Of a stretch of DNA of 64,000 nucleotides, positions 35,440-45,617 are shown in pieces. Origin of the DNA: Magallana gigas (taxonomy: Eukaryota). Below the pieces are notes generated by a model. That model was not told the origin of the DNA and did not search any database. It was given only the letters and a program-made list of their open reading frames with translations. The translations under genes and the position numbers were made by a program. The first letter of the stretch is position 1. Every line of letters starts with the position of its first letter. The stretch lies in assembly GCF_963853765.1 (NCBI RefSeq), contig NC_088861.1:25854001-25918000 (forward strand), read 5' to 3'.

Positions 35440-37140
35440 TTACCATGACTCCTTTCCTCTTCCACCTCCTCCAATTCTTCCTGGCGCGTACTTCAGAAAT
35501 CGGCTCATTTCATCAAAGATGTTTGCTTCCGTTGCATTTGGATGGCTTTGAATTACTCCGTCTAAAATATAATTCTTTATAGTACACCATTTAATATATT
35601 TTTGTTTTGTTGTAAAGAACAATTTGGTAAAAACAATATTTCATTATCTTTGTTTCGTTTGTGCTTCATTTAAACTAATCATACCTTTGATAATTCTGCA
35701 GATGTTTGTGTTTCCAAAAGCATATTTCCCTTTCTTCCCTTTCAGATTCATCTTCGCCATTAGACCGTTTGTCATGCATCTGTTGTGTATATGATAGTAA
35801 AATCGAGTAAGTAGGTGGTGAAAATGGTCGATCAATTTTAACTCCAGTAATTTTTATTCTACTTTTTCAAGCAATTATTTCTTATCTTTTCATGGCATTT
35901 TTGACATGGTCTCCAAGACTGGTGCCCCCAATTAATCTCATCTTTGTTTTCTTTAATAAAAAAACGAGTGAAAGGTTTTGCACAGTGATAGAAATTATAT
36001 ATGTTATGTTTTTAAGACAAGATTGATTGATTTTCATTACTGTAAATGTGGATATTTACGTTTTGGGGAAATTTACACTAGTTACGTGGTAAGCTTACAA
36101 CCTTGTAATATACCCCTGCACGGATGGTTAAAAACTGACAACTTTAATACGCGAATTTACACATCCATGTATTTAATACCAATGCATATTGTTTGACCAT
36201 AGAAGACCTGTACTTAACCAACAGCATAAAAAACCCCTTTAACAGCATATCAATATTTGATGCAGTAACTTAAATGCAATGGTTGTGATCATTTTTAAAG
36301 GTAACATTTTAAAAAATCCATCTTTTTTGTAGTTCCCTATCATCTAGAGAATTGTCGAACTCCTCAAACTCAGGTATCTGATCACACTCAGGGATCTCAA
36401 ACTCTCCTTGTTCCTCCTCCACCCTCCGTCCATGGTCTCCTTTCCTAAGGTTATCTCTAATTTCAACCAACAGCTGTATGACTCGACGCTGAAATCCTTA
36501 ATATTTCAAAAAAATTTTTTTATAAGTTTGAAGCAAACCCGTACACTTAAAAAACTTGATTCATGTTTGTATCATCTTTTATCATTAACAGCAGAAAATT
36601 AAGAACTTCACTACTAAAAACTCACTTTCTGTTGGCATTGGATAGCCAGAAGCAGTTGGGGTGCTGGGGCTTCTCCTATCAACTGGTCGCTCAGAGTCAT
36701 CAGACTCCAGAGGGGGAAGTGCTGTCATCCGCCTTCTTTGAGTTGGTGAAGAATTTCTTTGAGTAGGCGAAGAATCCTTTGGTCTCGAATCTTTGTGCTT
36801 CCTGGGAGACCTTCTTGGAATTGATTCAGTCTCGTTTTCTTCTTCATCTGAAGACAAATCTTCATAAATCTGGCTTGGTCTTGAAACAGCTAGAAGTAAA
36901 ACATATAGTATACATGTTTGATGAGTGGTAACTATTTTCTTTCTGATTATGTTAAAACTAAGATATACGAAAAGCTGTTGAAAAAAAACCTTATTTATAG
37001 AGGAATTAAAACTGCTTAAAAAAATAATTACCTGCACTTAATTCATTTGTTTTTGCTCGCTTTTTGGGAGGTAACTGAATTTGAGATTGTTCCCGTCCCT
37101 GTGGCTTCCTTGGAGACTTTCTTACTGGTGGGGGACTTGT
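35440..37140 (-). pseudogene. 3' exons of the accessory gene of CMC element 2
   Basis: ..RRSPRKHKDSRPKDSSPTQRNSSPTQRRR..YPMPTE | FQRRVIQLLVEIRD..FEEFDNSLDDRELQKKM | MRLIGGTSLGDHVKNAMKR | CMTNGLMAKMNLKGKKGKYAFGNTNICRIIK | DGVIQSHPNATEANIFDEMSRFLKYAPGRIGGGGRGKESW*; exon layout matches element 1. Confidence 0.75.
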
Positions 37141-37343
37141 CCCGTGTAAAGCAAAAATTGTCTAAATTCTGTGGCTTTCCACTTATCCAAATAATCCAAA
37201 GACCTTGGCTGCCTGGCAAATTCTCTTGGCATCTTGCCATTTAAATTCATCATTTTTTCTGAGAGGATGGTCAACTGCTGATGAGACAATCTGCATTCTC
37301 TTGGTCCTTGTTTCAAAAATGTCAATATTCTTTTGGTGACACC
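37140..37343 (-). pseudogene. CMC element 2 transposase, part downstream of the Gypsy insertion (truncated after YTG)
   Basis: GVTKRILTFLKQGPRECRLS..MPREFARQPRSLDYLDKWKATEFRQFLLYTG continues exactly from LVCLGV across the insertion. Confidence 0.85.
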
Positions 37344-37482
37344 TGTTACATATTCGCCCTAGCACTATAACACATGGATCACAACAGAGGCTGCCATCTT
37401 GGAACTACTTTATTATTATGTATTAATGCGCATGACATAAACAACATATAGAACCGAGCATGTAAACATTCCGGATATAACA
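37344..37482 (-). repeat. 3' LTR (139 bp)
   Basis: TGTTACATATTCGCCC..GGATATAACA; polypurine tract AGGAGGGAGAAGA (minus strand, 37495-37483) abuts it. Confidence 0.95.
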
Positions 37483-37824
37483 TCTTCTCCCTCCTTAAGA
37501 ATGATGTACATACATGTTTCATTATACAATATTACTTATGCTAACTGTCAGATATTGTTGGTTGTCTGTGTTTATTGTTATTGCATAGCAAGTTCTCAAG
37601 AATTTTCCTTTTTATATATATAAACAAAGGTTTACTATAATACACATGCATTACGACCTTAGCATGTAAATAAAGATACATACAAAATACAAACATTCTT
37701 GACTAGGATTAATTGCAATGAAACCTCTTGGTTCCTGTAAGTTGCACAGGGGATTATTATGCCCCAAAACACAGTACAACTGAAAACTTAAACTAGATAA
37801 CAAATTGGTTGGGGTTTCGCAGAG

Positions 37825-40800
37825 TTACTTGGAGTATACATAATCTTCCAGGATTTTTGGTTGACGGGTACGTAACGGGTAACGTCTCTCGGACTGGATG
37901 GGTGCTGTTGATTTCAGCGGTGTAGACAGACTAGACTCCATGTTTTTCGCAATAGTAGGTTTAACCAACGGAGTTGATCTCCTCGCACTGTCCGATAAAA
38001 CCGACGGTAAAGATCTGCTGTTCGGCGTCTTTAACTTCTCTGCCCAATTGTCCATTGAAACTGAACTTGAAACACTCGGCTCAGGTATCTCGACATCTGG
38101 TAACATGATTGGAATCTGTGATGTTACAATCTGATCTGCATGCCTCCTCCACTGTGTTGAAGGGTCCACTTGCACACGATAGGAAACAGGTCCAGTTCTT
38201 TGAGCAATCATTCCCGGAATCCATTTATCCTTCCCACGATAATCACGCATCATTACCGACTGTCCTGGTTCAAATTCTCTGTTCTGTGTAGTTCTCTGTA
38301 AACACATTTCTTCTTGCTTCTGCTTGACATGTAACTCTGTGTTTGGCCTCAAAAGATCCATTTTCGTTCTCAACTCCCTCCCCATCATGAGCTTTGCTGG
38401 TGTTTCATTTGTTGTTGCATGTGCAGTATTTCTATACGCCAACAAGAAATTTGCCAGTTTTCTTTCAATGCTCCCTGCATCATTCTTACTGCATTTCATG
38501 GCTTGCTTGAAAGTTTGGACAAAACGCTCTGCAAGTCCATTACTAGATGGGTGGTACGGTGATGTCTTGATGTGCTTTATGCCGTTAGCATTCAAGAACT
38601 CTTCAAATTCTCTTGAGGTAAATTGTGGGCCATTGTCACTCACAATTGTTACTGGAAGTCTATTTCTGGAGAAAATGGTTCTCAGAACATCAATAGTACG
38701 TGTTGATGTGGTTGTGCTCATTTTCACCACCTCTGGCCACTTTGAATTTGAATCCACCATTATAAGAAACATATATCCTAAAAACGGTCCTGCAAAATCT
38801 ATGTGAATTCGCTCCCATGGCTTGGTTGGCCACTCCCAAGCATTCAATGGTGCTCCCTTAGGCGAATTCTGGTTTTGTTGACATCCATTACATCTTTTGG
38901 CGATAGTTTCAATGTCCTGGTCAATTCCTGGCCACCAACAGAAACTCCTAGCAAGTGTTTTCATTTTGACCACTCCTAGATGTCCTTCATGTATCTGTGA
39001 AATCACCAAGTTGCGGAGTTTGGTAGGTATAATGACTCTTACTCCCCACATGATACAGCCATGGTGAATAGATAGTTCACTTCGTCGTGAGTAGTATGGT
39101 GCTAACTCTCCATCTTTGTCAGTAGAAGTCCAATCACTGTTAATGCACGACATGACACGACCTAGAACTAAGTCTTTACGAGTTTCGTTTTGAATGTTTT
39201 TGCTAGAAACTGGTAGAGTTTCAATCTGTCCAAGATAAAAAGCGTCCACCATATCTATGGTTACATCAGACTCTGTGCTTTTCAGTGGTAAGCGTGACAT
39301 GGAATCTGCATTCGCATGCTTAGAAGTTTTACGGAATCCAATTTCGTAGTCATAAGCAGACAAGAAGAGAGAATAGCGCTGTAATCTTGAAGATGCTGTA
39401 ACTGGGACTCCTCTCTGAGGACTGAAAATGTGTATCAAGGGCTGATGGTCGGTGATCAACTTGAATTTCCTACCAAACAAGTACGAATGGAATTTCTTGA
39501 TCCCCCATATGATTCCCAAGGCTTCTTTATCAATCTGAGAATAGTTTTTCTCCGCTGGTGCTAATGTGCGAGAGGCGAATGCGATTGGTCTCTCTGTTCC
39601 ATCAGGTAGCTCATGAGAAATAACTGCACCGAGTCCATAAGGTGATGCATCACATGCCAGGGAAATAGGCAATTCAGGGCTATAATGTGTAAGTACCAGA
39701 TCTGATGCTACTAAGTCCTTCACCTTGTTGAATGATTCTTCACAGGATTCTGTCCAATTCCAATGGCTGTCTTTTCGCAACAAGTTATGCAACGGTCCAA
39801 GCACTGTTGCCAGGTCAGGTAAGAATTTACCATAATAGTTCACTAAACCTAAGAACGATCTTAGTTGAGAGACATTACATGGGGAAGGTGCTTTAACTAT
39901 GGCATCAATCTTCTCTGGTGTCTTGTGTAGACCATTTCTATCAATCACATGTCCACAAAAGGTAATGCTTTCCTTGAAGAATTCGCACTTCTCTAGATTT
40001 GCTCTCAGTCCATATTGGCTCAATCGCTTCAGTACCATGTCCAAATTCTTGAGATGTTCTTCATTACTCTTGCCGGTTATAACCATGTCGTCTAACATAC
40101 ACTGAGTTCCAGGGACTCCTTGTAATACTTGCTCAATGGTCCTCTGCCAAATAGCAGGCGCTGACGCTATGCCAAAGGCCATGCGATTATAACGATATAA
40201 TCCCTTATGTGTGCTAATGGTAAGTAGCTCCTTGCACGATTCATCCACTGGAAGTTGCAAGTATGCTTGCTTCAAATCGATCTTGGAGAAATGCATTCCA
40301 CCATTTAGGTTGGCGAAGATGTCATCAATTTTAGGTAATGGATACTGATCAACATTGAGTAGTGGGTTAAGCGTAACCTTAAAATCGCCACATATTCTGA
40401 TGCTTCCATTCTTCTTTAGAACAGGCACAATTGGAGTTGCCCAATCACTATGCTGTACTTTGGTCAGAGTTCCTTCCGCTTCTAATCTCTGGAGTTCTTC
40501 TTCCACCTTTGTTCGTAAGGAAAAAGGAACAGTCCTGGCCTTGACATATTTTGGTTTGTTTTCTCTGAGTGTCAGTTTTGCTGTAATGCCCTTCACAGTT
40601 CCAACTTCATCAACGAAGACATCTTTATATTTGTCTATAATTTCACTTACGCTGGTAGGCTTCACAGTGCTAATAGCATGCGTGTCCTTAATCAATCTCC
40701 AGTCAAGTTGAATTTTTCTCAGCCAATCCCTGCCAAGAAGAGCTGGTCCTCCCTTTTCAACTATGTATAATGGCAATGTCTGTTTAGTGCCACCGTATTC

Positions 40801-41919
40801 CACTTCCACGTCCATATAACCCACTGGCTTGATGTGTTCTCCCGAGTACGTGCGTAGAGTGATGTCTGCAGTTTTTAACTTCAGATCTCTGAACTTCCTC
40901 CTGAATTCTTCCTCCGCCATGACCGAAATAGCTGAACCAGTGTCCAATTCCATTTTCATCCTCATTCCATTTATTTTCAGATGGATCCATATGATGTCCG
41001 CACTTGTTAAATTGTTTAGTTCTAAACTAGCTATATAGTTGTCATCACTCACATCCTGAGGGTCATTTTCAACATAATGAACAGGTTTTCTTCTTTCATG
41101 TTTTCCAGATGTAGGCATTTGAGGTTTTGAAGTTTTACACGCTTTCTTTATGTGTCCCGTATTATGACAGTTGTGGCACTCAGCATTCCTGAATTTACAG
41201 TCCTTTGCTACGTGGCCACTTCCATTACAACGATAACACCGTGCTCCTCCTGACCGACAGTCTTTCGCTATATGTCCTTTCTCACCACACCGATAACACT
41301 GTACTTCATTTTTCCTGTCGTTTCCTCTGGAACGTCTATTCTTCACATGCAGTCTGTTCACGGCTCCTGTATCTGTCCGATTCCTAGCCTGTACTAATTC
41401 TGTTGCATCCTTAGCTGCCGCCTCCATTGCCACACTGATCTCCATAGCTTTTTCAAATGTCAAGTCTTTCTCTGACAGCAAGCGCTTTTGAATGTGAGGG
41501 TGTCTTATACCACATACCACTCTATCCCTCAACTTTTCATTTAGCGAAGCATTAAAATCACAATAAATCGAGAGTTTCTTTAACTGAGCTACATACTCCG
41601 TTATTGTTTCTCCTTCCTTCTGGTCTCTTTTATCGAAACGGAAGCGTTCTGCTGTTTTGATGGGCTTAGGGGACAAATGGCTGTTGAGTAATGTCACCAA
41701 GTCCTGATAAGTCTTCTCAGCTGGTTTATCAGGAAAAGTCAAGTCCCGCAGGAGAGAATATAATCGTCCACCGATGAGACATAATAAAGACGGTACCTTT
41801 TTTCCAGGATCTATCTCATTCACTGTAAAGTACTGCTCAAATCGTTCGACGTACGATTCCCACGGTTCGATAGTCTCGTCAAATGGGTCAATCTTTCCAA
41901 TTAAACCAAACGCCGCCAT
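37825..41919 (-). CDS. Gag-Pol polyprotein (~1364 aa): gag, 3 CCHC knuckles, aspartic protease, RT, RNase H, integrase
   Basis: LDTGSA (PR); WATPIVPV..RICGDFK..PLP..FSKIDLKQAY..FGIASAPAIWQ..MLDD (RT); LACDASPYG..ERPIAFAS..YSQIDKEAL..TDHQPL (RH); H..H..C..C, RIHIDF, SDNGPQF, SNGLAERFVQ (IN). Confidence 0.97.
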   Translation of the reverse strand: MAAFGLIGKIDPFDETIEPWESYVERFEQYFTVNEIDPGKKVPSLLCLIGGRLYSLLRDLTFPDKPAEKTYQDLVTLLNSHLSPKPIKTAERFRFDKRDQKEGETITEYVAQLKKLSIYCDFNASLNEKLRDRVVCGIRHPHIQKRLLSEKDLTFEKAMEISVAMEAAAKDATELVQARNRTDTGAVNRLHVKNRRSRGNDRKNEVQCYRCGEKGHIAKDCRSGGARCYRCNGSGHVAKDCKFRNAECHNCHNTGHIKKACKTSKPQMPTSGKHERRKPVHYVENDPQDVSDDNYIASLELNNLTSADIIWIHLKINGMRMKMELDTGSAISVMAEEEFRRKFRDLKLKTADITLRTYSGEHIKPVGYMDVEVEYGGTKQTLPLYIVEKGGPALLGRDWLRKIQLDWRLIKDTHAISTVKPTSVSEIIDKYKDVFVDEVGTVKGITAKLTLRENKPKYVKARTVPFSLRTKVEEELQRLEAEGTLTKVQHSDWATPIVPVLKKNGSIRICGDFKVTLNPLLNVDQYPLPKIDDIFANLNGGMHFSKIDLKQAYLQLPVDESCKELLTISTHKGLYRYNRMAFGIASAPAIWQRTIEQVLQGVPGTQCMLDDMVITGKSNEEHLKNLDMVLKRLSQYGLRANLEKCEFFKESITFCGHVIDRNGLHKTPEKIDAIVKAPSPCNVSQLRSFLGLVNYYGKFLPDLATVLGPLHNLLRKDSHWNWTESCEESFNKVKDLVASDLVLTHYSPELPISLACDASPYGLGAVISHELPDGTERPIAFASRTLAPAEKNYSQIDKEALGIIWGIKKFHSYLFGRKFKLITDHQPLIHIFSPQRGVPVTASSRLQRYSLFLSAYDYEIGFRKTSKHANADSMSRLPLKSTESDVTIDMVDAFYLGQIETLPVSSKNIQNETRKDLVLGRVMSCINSDWTSTDKDGELAPYYSRRSELSIHHGCIMWGVRVIIPTKLRNLVISQIHEGHLGVVKMKTLARSFCWWPGIDQDIETIAKRCNGCQQNQNSPKGAPLNAWEWPTKPWERIHIDFAGPFLGYMFLIMVDSNSKWPEVVKMSTTTSTRTIDVLRTIFSRNRLPVTIVSDNGPQFTSREFEEFLNANGIKHIKTSPYHPSSNGLAERFVQTFKQAMKCSKNDAGSIERKLANFLLAYRNTAHATTNETPAKLMMGRELRTKMDLLRPNTELHVKQKQEEMCLQRTTQNREFEPGQSVMMRDYRGKDKWIPGMIAQRTGPVSYRVQVDPSTQWRRHADQIVTSQIPIMLPDVEIPEPSVSSSVSMDNWAEKLKTPNSRSLPSVLSDSARRSTPLVKPTIAKNMESSLSTPLKSTAPIQSERRYPLRTRQPKILEDYVYSK

Positions 41920-41992
41920 TACCACAGATCCAAAATATAATGGGACGGGTTAGAAACAGACAATTTGGAATAATTTGAGGTTACCGGAGTTT

Positions 41993-42005
41993 ATCCTCGT
42001 CGCCA
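41993..42005 (-). promoter_or_regulatory. Primer-binding site TGGCGACGAGGAT, complementary to the 3' end of tRNA-Ser(GCU)
   Basis: 3 nt inside the 5' LTR; tRNA assignment from recollection of the conserved ..ATCCTCGTCGCCA 3' end. Confidence 0.8.
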
Positions 42006-42008
42006 ATA

Positions 42009-42147
42009 TGTTACATATTCGCCCTAGCACTATAACACATGGATCACAACAGAGGCTGCCATCTTGGAACTACTTTATTATTATGTATTAATGCGCATGA
42101 CATAAACAACATATAGAACCGAGCATGTAAACATTCCGGATATAACA
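42009..42147 (-). repeat. 5' LTR (139 bp)
   Basis: Same sequence as 37344-37482. Confidence 0.95.
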
Positions 42148-42612
42148 ACACCCAAGCATACAAGATGCATATAGTCCAGGGAGAACGAAGTGACACATGG
42201 AAACCCAATGTCAATTAGAGGGGACCTTTTGGTTTGATGAATATCATATTCAAGGTTTTGGAATCTTTCATTTGTACGTGGAGATGCAACAGTATCAGAA
42301 TTAAACACAACACGTCCATTCAATGTCCCTTTGATTATACATCTTTCACAACTATAATAAGCCGTGTGTCCTTTAATACATTTTAGGAATGCTCTAGCAG
42401 GTGCGTCACAAACAAAAGCAAAAATACTGACTCGGTACCATTTTTCAATAACATACAACCCATTCTGCATCAAGTCTTTGAGCTCAGACAAAAGATCATC
42501 CAAGTATTCTTCCACAGGATCTGGTTTTCGATTACCACAAAATACTGCAACAATAAAGGGTTCAAAATTTTGTACATTACATAAAATGGGCCAAAGCTGG
42601 ACATTTGTAGAA
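42148..42612 (-). pseudogene. CMC element 2 transposase, part upstream of the Gypsy insertion
   Basis: STNVQLWPILC..FEPFIVAVFCG..FVCDAPARAFLKCIKGH..CERC..GRVVF..SLDYMHLVCLGV. Confidence 0.85.
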
Positions 42613-42931
42613 TACAACACATAAAATATGCCCAAAAAAATTCAATAAATTACTACCAGGTTCTATTATCGTTCTCTGGCAGGAACTTGCCTGTCGGTTC
42701 AAGAGTTAAGTCACTGCACCAATGTAATCGTATAGTGGTTATTGTAACGTCACGGCACTATTGTAATCGTATAGTGGTTATTAATAACTTTTATTTATAC
42801 TAAGAGTTCCATGATATTCTTACGTCTCTAGTCGCTAGAGTATGGTCAGTCACAAATCTGTCAGTTTTCTTAGTGTAAATCCAAAACTCCGTTATCATGT
42901 GAATGATCTAGAAATTTATATCAACGCTCAA

Positions 42932-43503
42932 TCACTCTGTCAAATATTTACGTTTACTTCAAATTAACAAGTACCTTTATTCCTATTTCAATGTAAACGT
43001 AAACACGTGTAAAGGATTCAAATATATTTAAAATTAAGCATGAAATGAGACACAAAATTATTCACAATGAAAAATATAGGTATGCTAACATTGAAATCAT
43101 TGTCCTAACCAAATAGTTTAATTACTAAGCCTACCTTATTATTTATATTAAATCTAAGTATCCTGGACAAATTTAGTACCACCCTTCACGGACTGAATGA
43201 AATACACAACTAACCTAACAGGTTTCCGAAGTTAAATTTAAAACAATAGAAACGGAAGCGAGAATCTAGCTATAAATGAGACTATGAACGAAACGATGAA
43301 CGAGACAGGAAACGGAGACTGGGGCCCACCTATCTACCCATGGAAGTGAGTTGACTCGAACCTTAGAGGAGATTCCACGTCTACTGCCGGACTAAGGCAA
43401 AGCCTGACCTTAAATACGCCGCTCTGGGGTGTGTTTCTCTTAGCCAATCAAAATGATGTTTTCCAAATGATTATGTAAAACTACGAAACTTTCCGAATGT
43501 AAA
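42932..43503 (+). repeat. Dispersed repeat, copy 2 (has an extra ~60-bp purine-rich segment at ~43250-43320)
   Basis: Colinear with 21822-22353 apart from indels. Confidence 0.9.
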
Positions 43504-44600
43504 TTAATTGATTACAACCAATCAGAATACTGTAGTCGTTACGTTTTGCTTATTGCGTGGAGGTCCACGCAGAAAATATATAAGCGAGGTTAAACCGGAT
43601 GCTATGGGGAAAATTCAGCCTGCGCGTGAGCTAGCCTGGTTCCTGTGCGTAATGGGTAGCTCAGGGAACCAGGCTAGCACACGTTTATCTGAATCGGGAT
43701 CGGGATTCCGTGCCATATGCACACATAAGTTCAAAGGCGCTGTAATTGTAAAGTTGTCGGTAAACAGTTCAGAAACAAAGGATTCCTTTAAAAAAATGAT
43801 TGGCATGTGATATGAACTATCAGTATTATGAAATAAGTTAATGTTATGCCGAAACTACAACATGCATCAAATAGCATAGTTTGCAATGTTTTGTTGTTTT
43901 CCGAATACACAAGTAACTTAAATTTACTTTTATAGTAGGCGAGGCTAGAGAACTTCCCGATTAAATTTTTTAAGCATTTAAGTATGATTGAATAATTATG
44001 TCACTGTAATTTAAATTCAAGAAAAATGCATCATATGAATATGAAATTTTTAATTTACACAAAGCTGTCACTGCATAGTTAACAAAGTAGTGCGAATCGT
44101 AATGTGTGCGCAAATAGAAGAATTCATCGAATGCCTGATACTGTACATGCAAACTTCATTCATAGATAGATCATAATTATTTTAGAAGTATGAATCAATT
44201 AAATTCTGAGATAAAAAGTTACGGCTATACATACATGTATACGTAATACAACGTACAAATTTAGTGGTTAAAAGCAGAGGGTTAGAGTCGGTGGAATCTC
44301 TGATAATCTTAAGGCTATCACTTTTTCGTTGGAAACACATACAAATGGTCCACGTATTGTAGTCCTTTTTTAAAGGACAGCAACTTGTGCTATATATAAA
44401 CGTAAAAGTGCCTGACAGGAAAGCGGGAGACTATAATCGAAGAAAACATTGCTAAAAATCTACCCGTATATCTGATCATCGACAATAAAAGTAAGTAATA
44501 ATAATATGACTGAAAGTTAAGTAATGTATAAATGCAATCATATCACAGATTATTAAACAGTGATTACATGTGTTTTACATAAATATGTCTTAACTTTAAG

Positions 44601-44602
<2 letters not shown>

Positions 44603-44659
<57 letters not shown>
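44603..44659. repeat. (CT)n microsatellite
   Basis: About 28 dinucleotides with one interruption. Confidence 0.97.
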
Positions 44660-44956
44660 CAAGTAAAAACGTTATATAATTTTCACCTTGTTGAGGTCTT
44701 CTGTTTCAAACGGAAGACCTTGGGAAACGGAAGACCTTATTGTTATAGCTTTGTTTCTTTTTTCCCTTTTATTATTTTTTTTTCTTACGCTTTTTTGTAC
44801 AAGCGATTTCTTAAAAACGACTCGACCGATTATCGTGAAAATTTCAGATCTTGTAGATATTGATAAAACCTTATATATAATTTTTTATTTTAATACGTCA
44901 TTTCCATTCGGGAGATATTGACGTTTTAGCGATTTTTAGAGGATCTGCTTGCCCTG

Positions 44957-45424
44957 CATCTTCCCAAGTCAAGGGATTCTGATCCGCCCTGCTCTACATA
45001 AACCCTTGACCGAAATGGCAGAGTTTGACGGGGTTAGAAACCTCGCACGCTGGTTGGTGTCATACAAGTTTGCATGATCCAATTAGAAACGTTGTTTCAA
45101 TAATGATGTTAATTGTGAATTGATCAATGTTGAACCGTTGTCAAATGAATTTGAGACGGAATAGTAAGTATTTGACTTACTGATATCGGTTTTTAGTCCG
45201 AGTGAATCCATATTTTCTACGAATTTGTTCATGGGAGCAGCCATATTGCTATACTGTTTCTGTTTTTAAAGCATTCTCTGATTGGTCAGAACATGAGGTC
45301 ACAAAGGTTTAAAAATGAGAACTCTCACTAGATGGCGTAATCGTTAACCCGCATATGTGTTGTCTTTTCGGTCAAGGGTTTATGTAGAGCGGAGCGGATC
45401 AGAAACCTTTGACTTGGGAAGATG
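44957..45424. mobile_element. 468-bp MITE with ~60-bp TIRs and 9-bp TSD nested in HINE copy C
   Basis: TIR CATCTTCCCAAGTCAA..CTGATCCG..GCTCTACATAAACCCTTGACCGAAA; TSD CTTGCCCTG at 44948-56 and 45425-33. Confidence 0.9.
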
Positions 45425-45617
45425 CTTGCCCTGTTATCTCCTTCTACACGAAAAGAGATATTGAGTTTAAATTTTCAGGGATTGTAGACGAAAGATTGTA
45501 AATATGTCTAAAGGCATTTATAATTGTCGTTCTTCATTTCATTTCTTGAAAATATTTTAACATGACATATAGAGCAAATAAAGTTTATATTTGCAAGTGC
45601 TTTCGTTTGATATCAGG

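Larger units (their letters stand above)
37344..42147 (-). mobile_element. Intact Ty3/Gypsy LTR retrotransposon (Mag/K02A2.6-like), 4804 bp
   Basis: Two 139-bp TG..CA LTRs (37344-37482, 42009-42147) identical by eye; 5-bp TSD ACACC (37339-43, 42148-52); PBS; PPT; one uninterrupted gag-pol ORF. Confidence 0.97.
34537..42615 (-). mobile_element. CMC/EnSpm-type element 2: one TIR, internal deletion, 5'-truncated, Gypsy insertion
   Basis: TIR CCCAGCGGGCATT at 34537 plus CAACGTTGA array; accessory-gene exons and transposase pieces homologous to element 1; homology stops near 42612 with no second TIR. Confidence 0.8.

Noticed and set aside
43508-43810. 100-aa plus-strand ORF
   Set aside because: TTG start, spans a small hairpin insertion, no domain.
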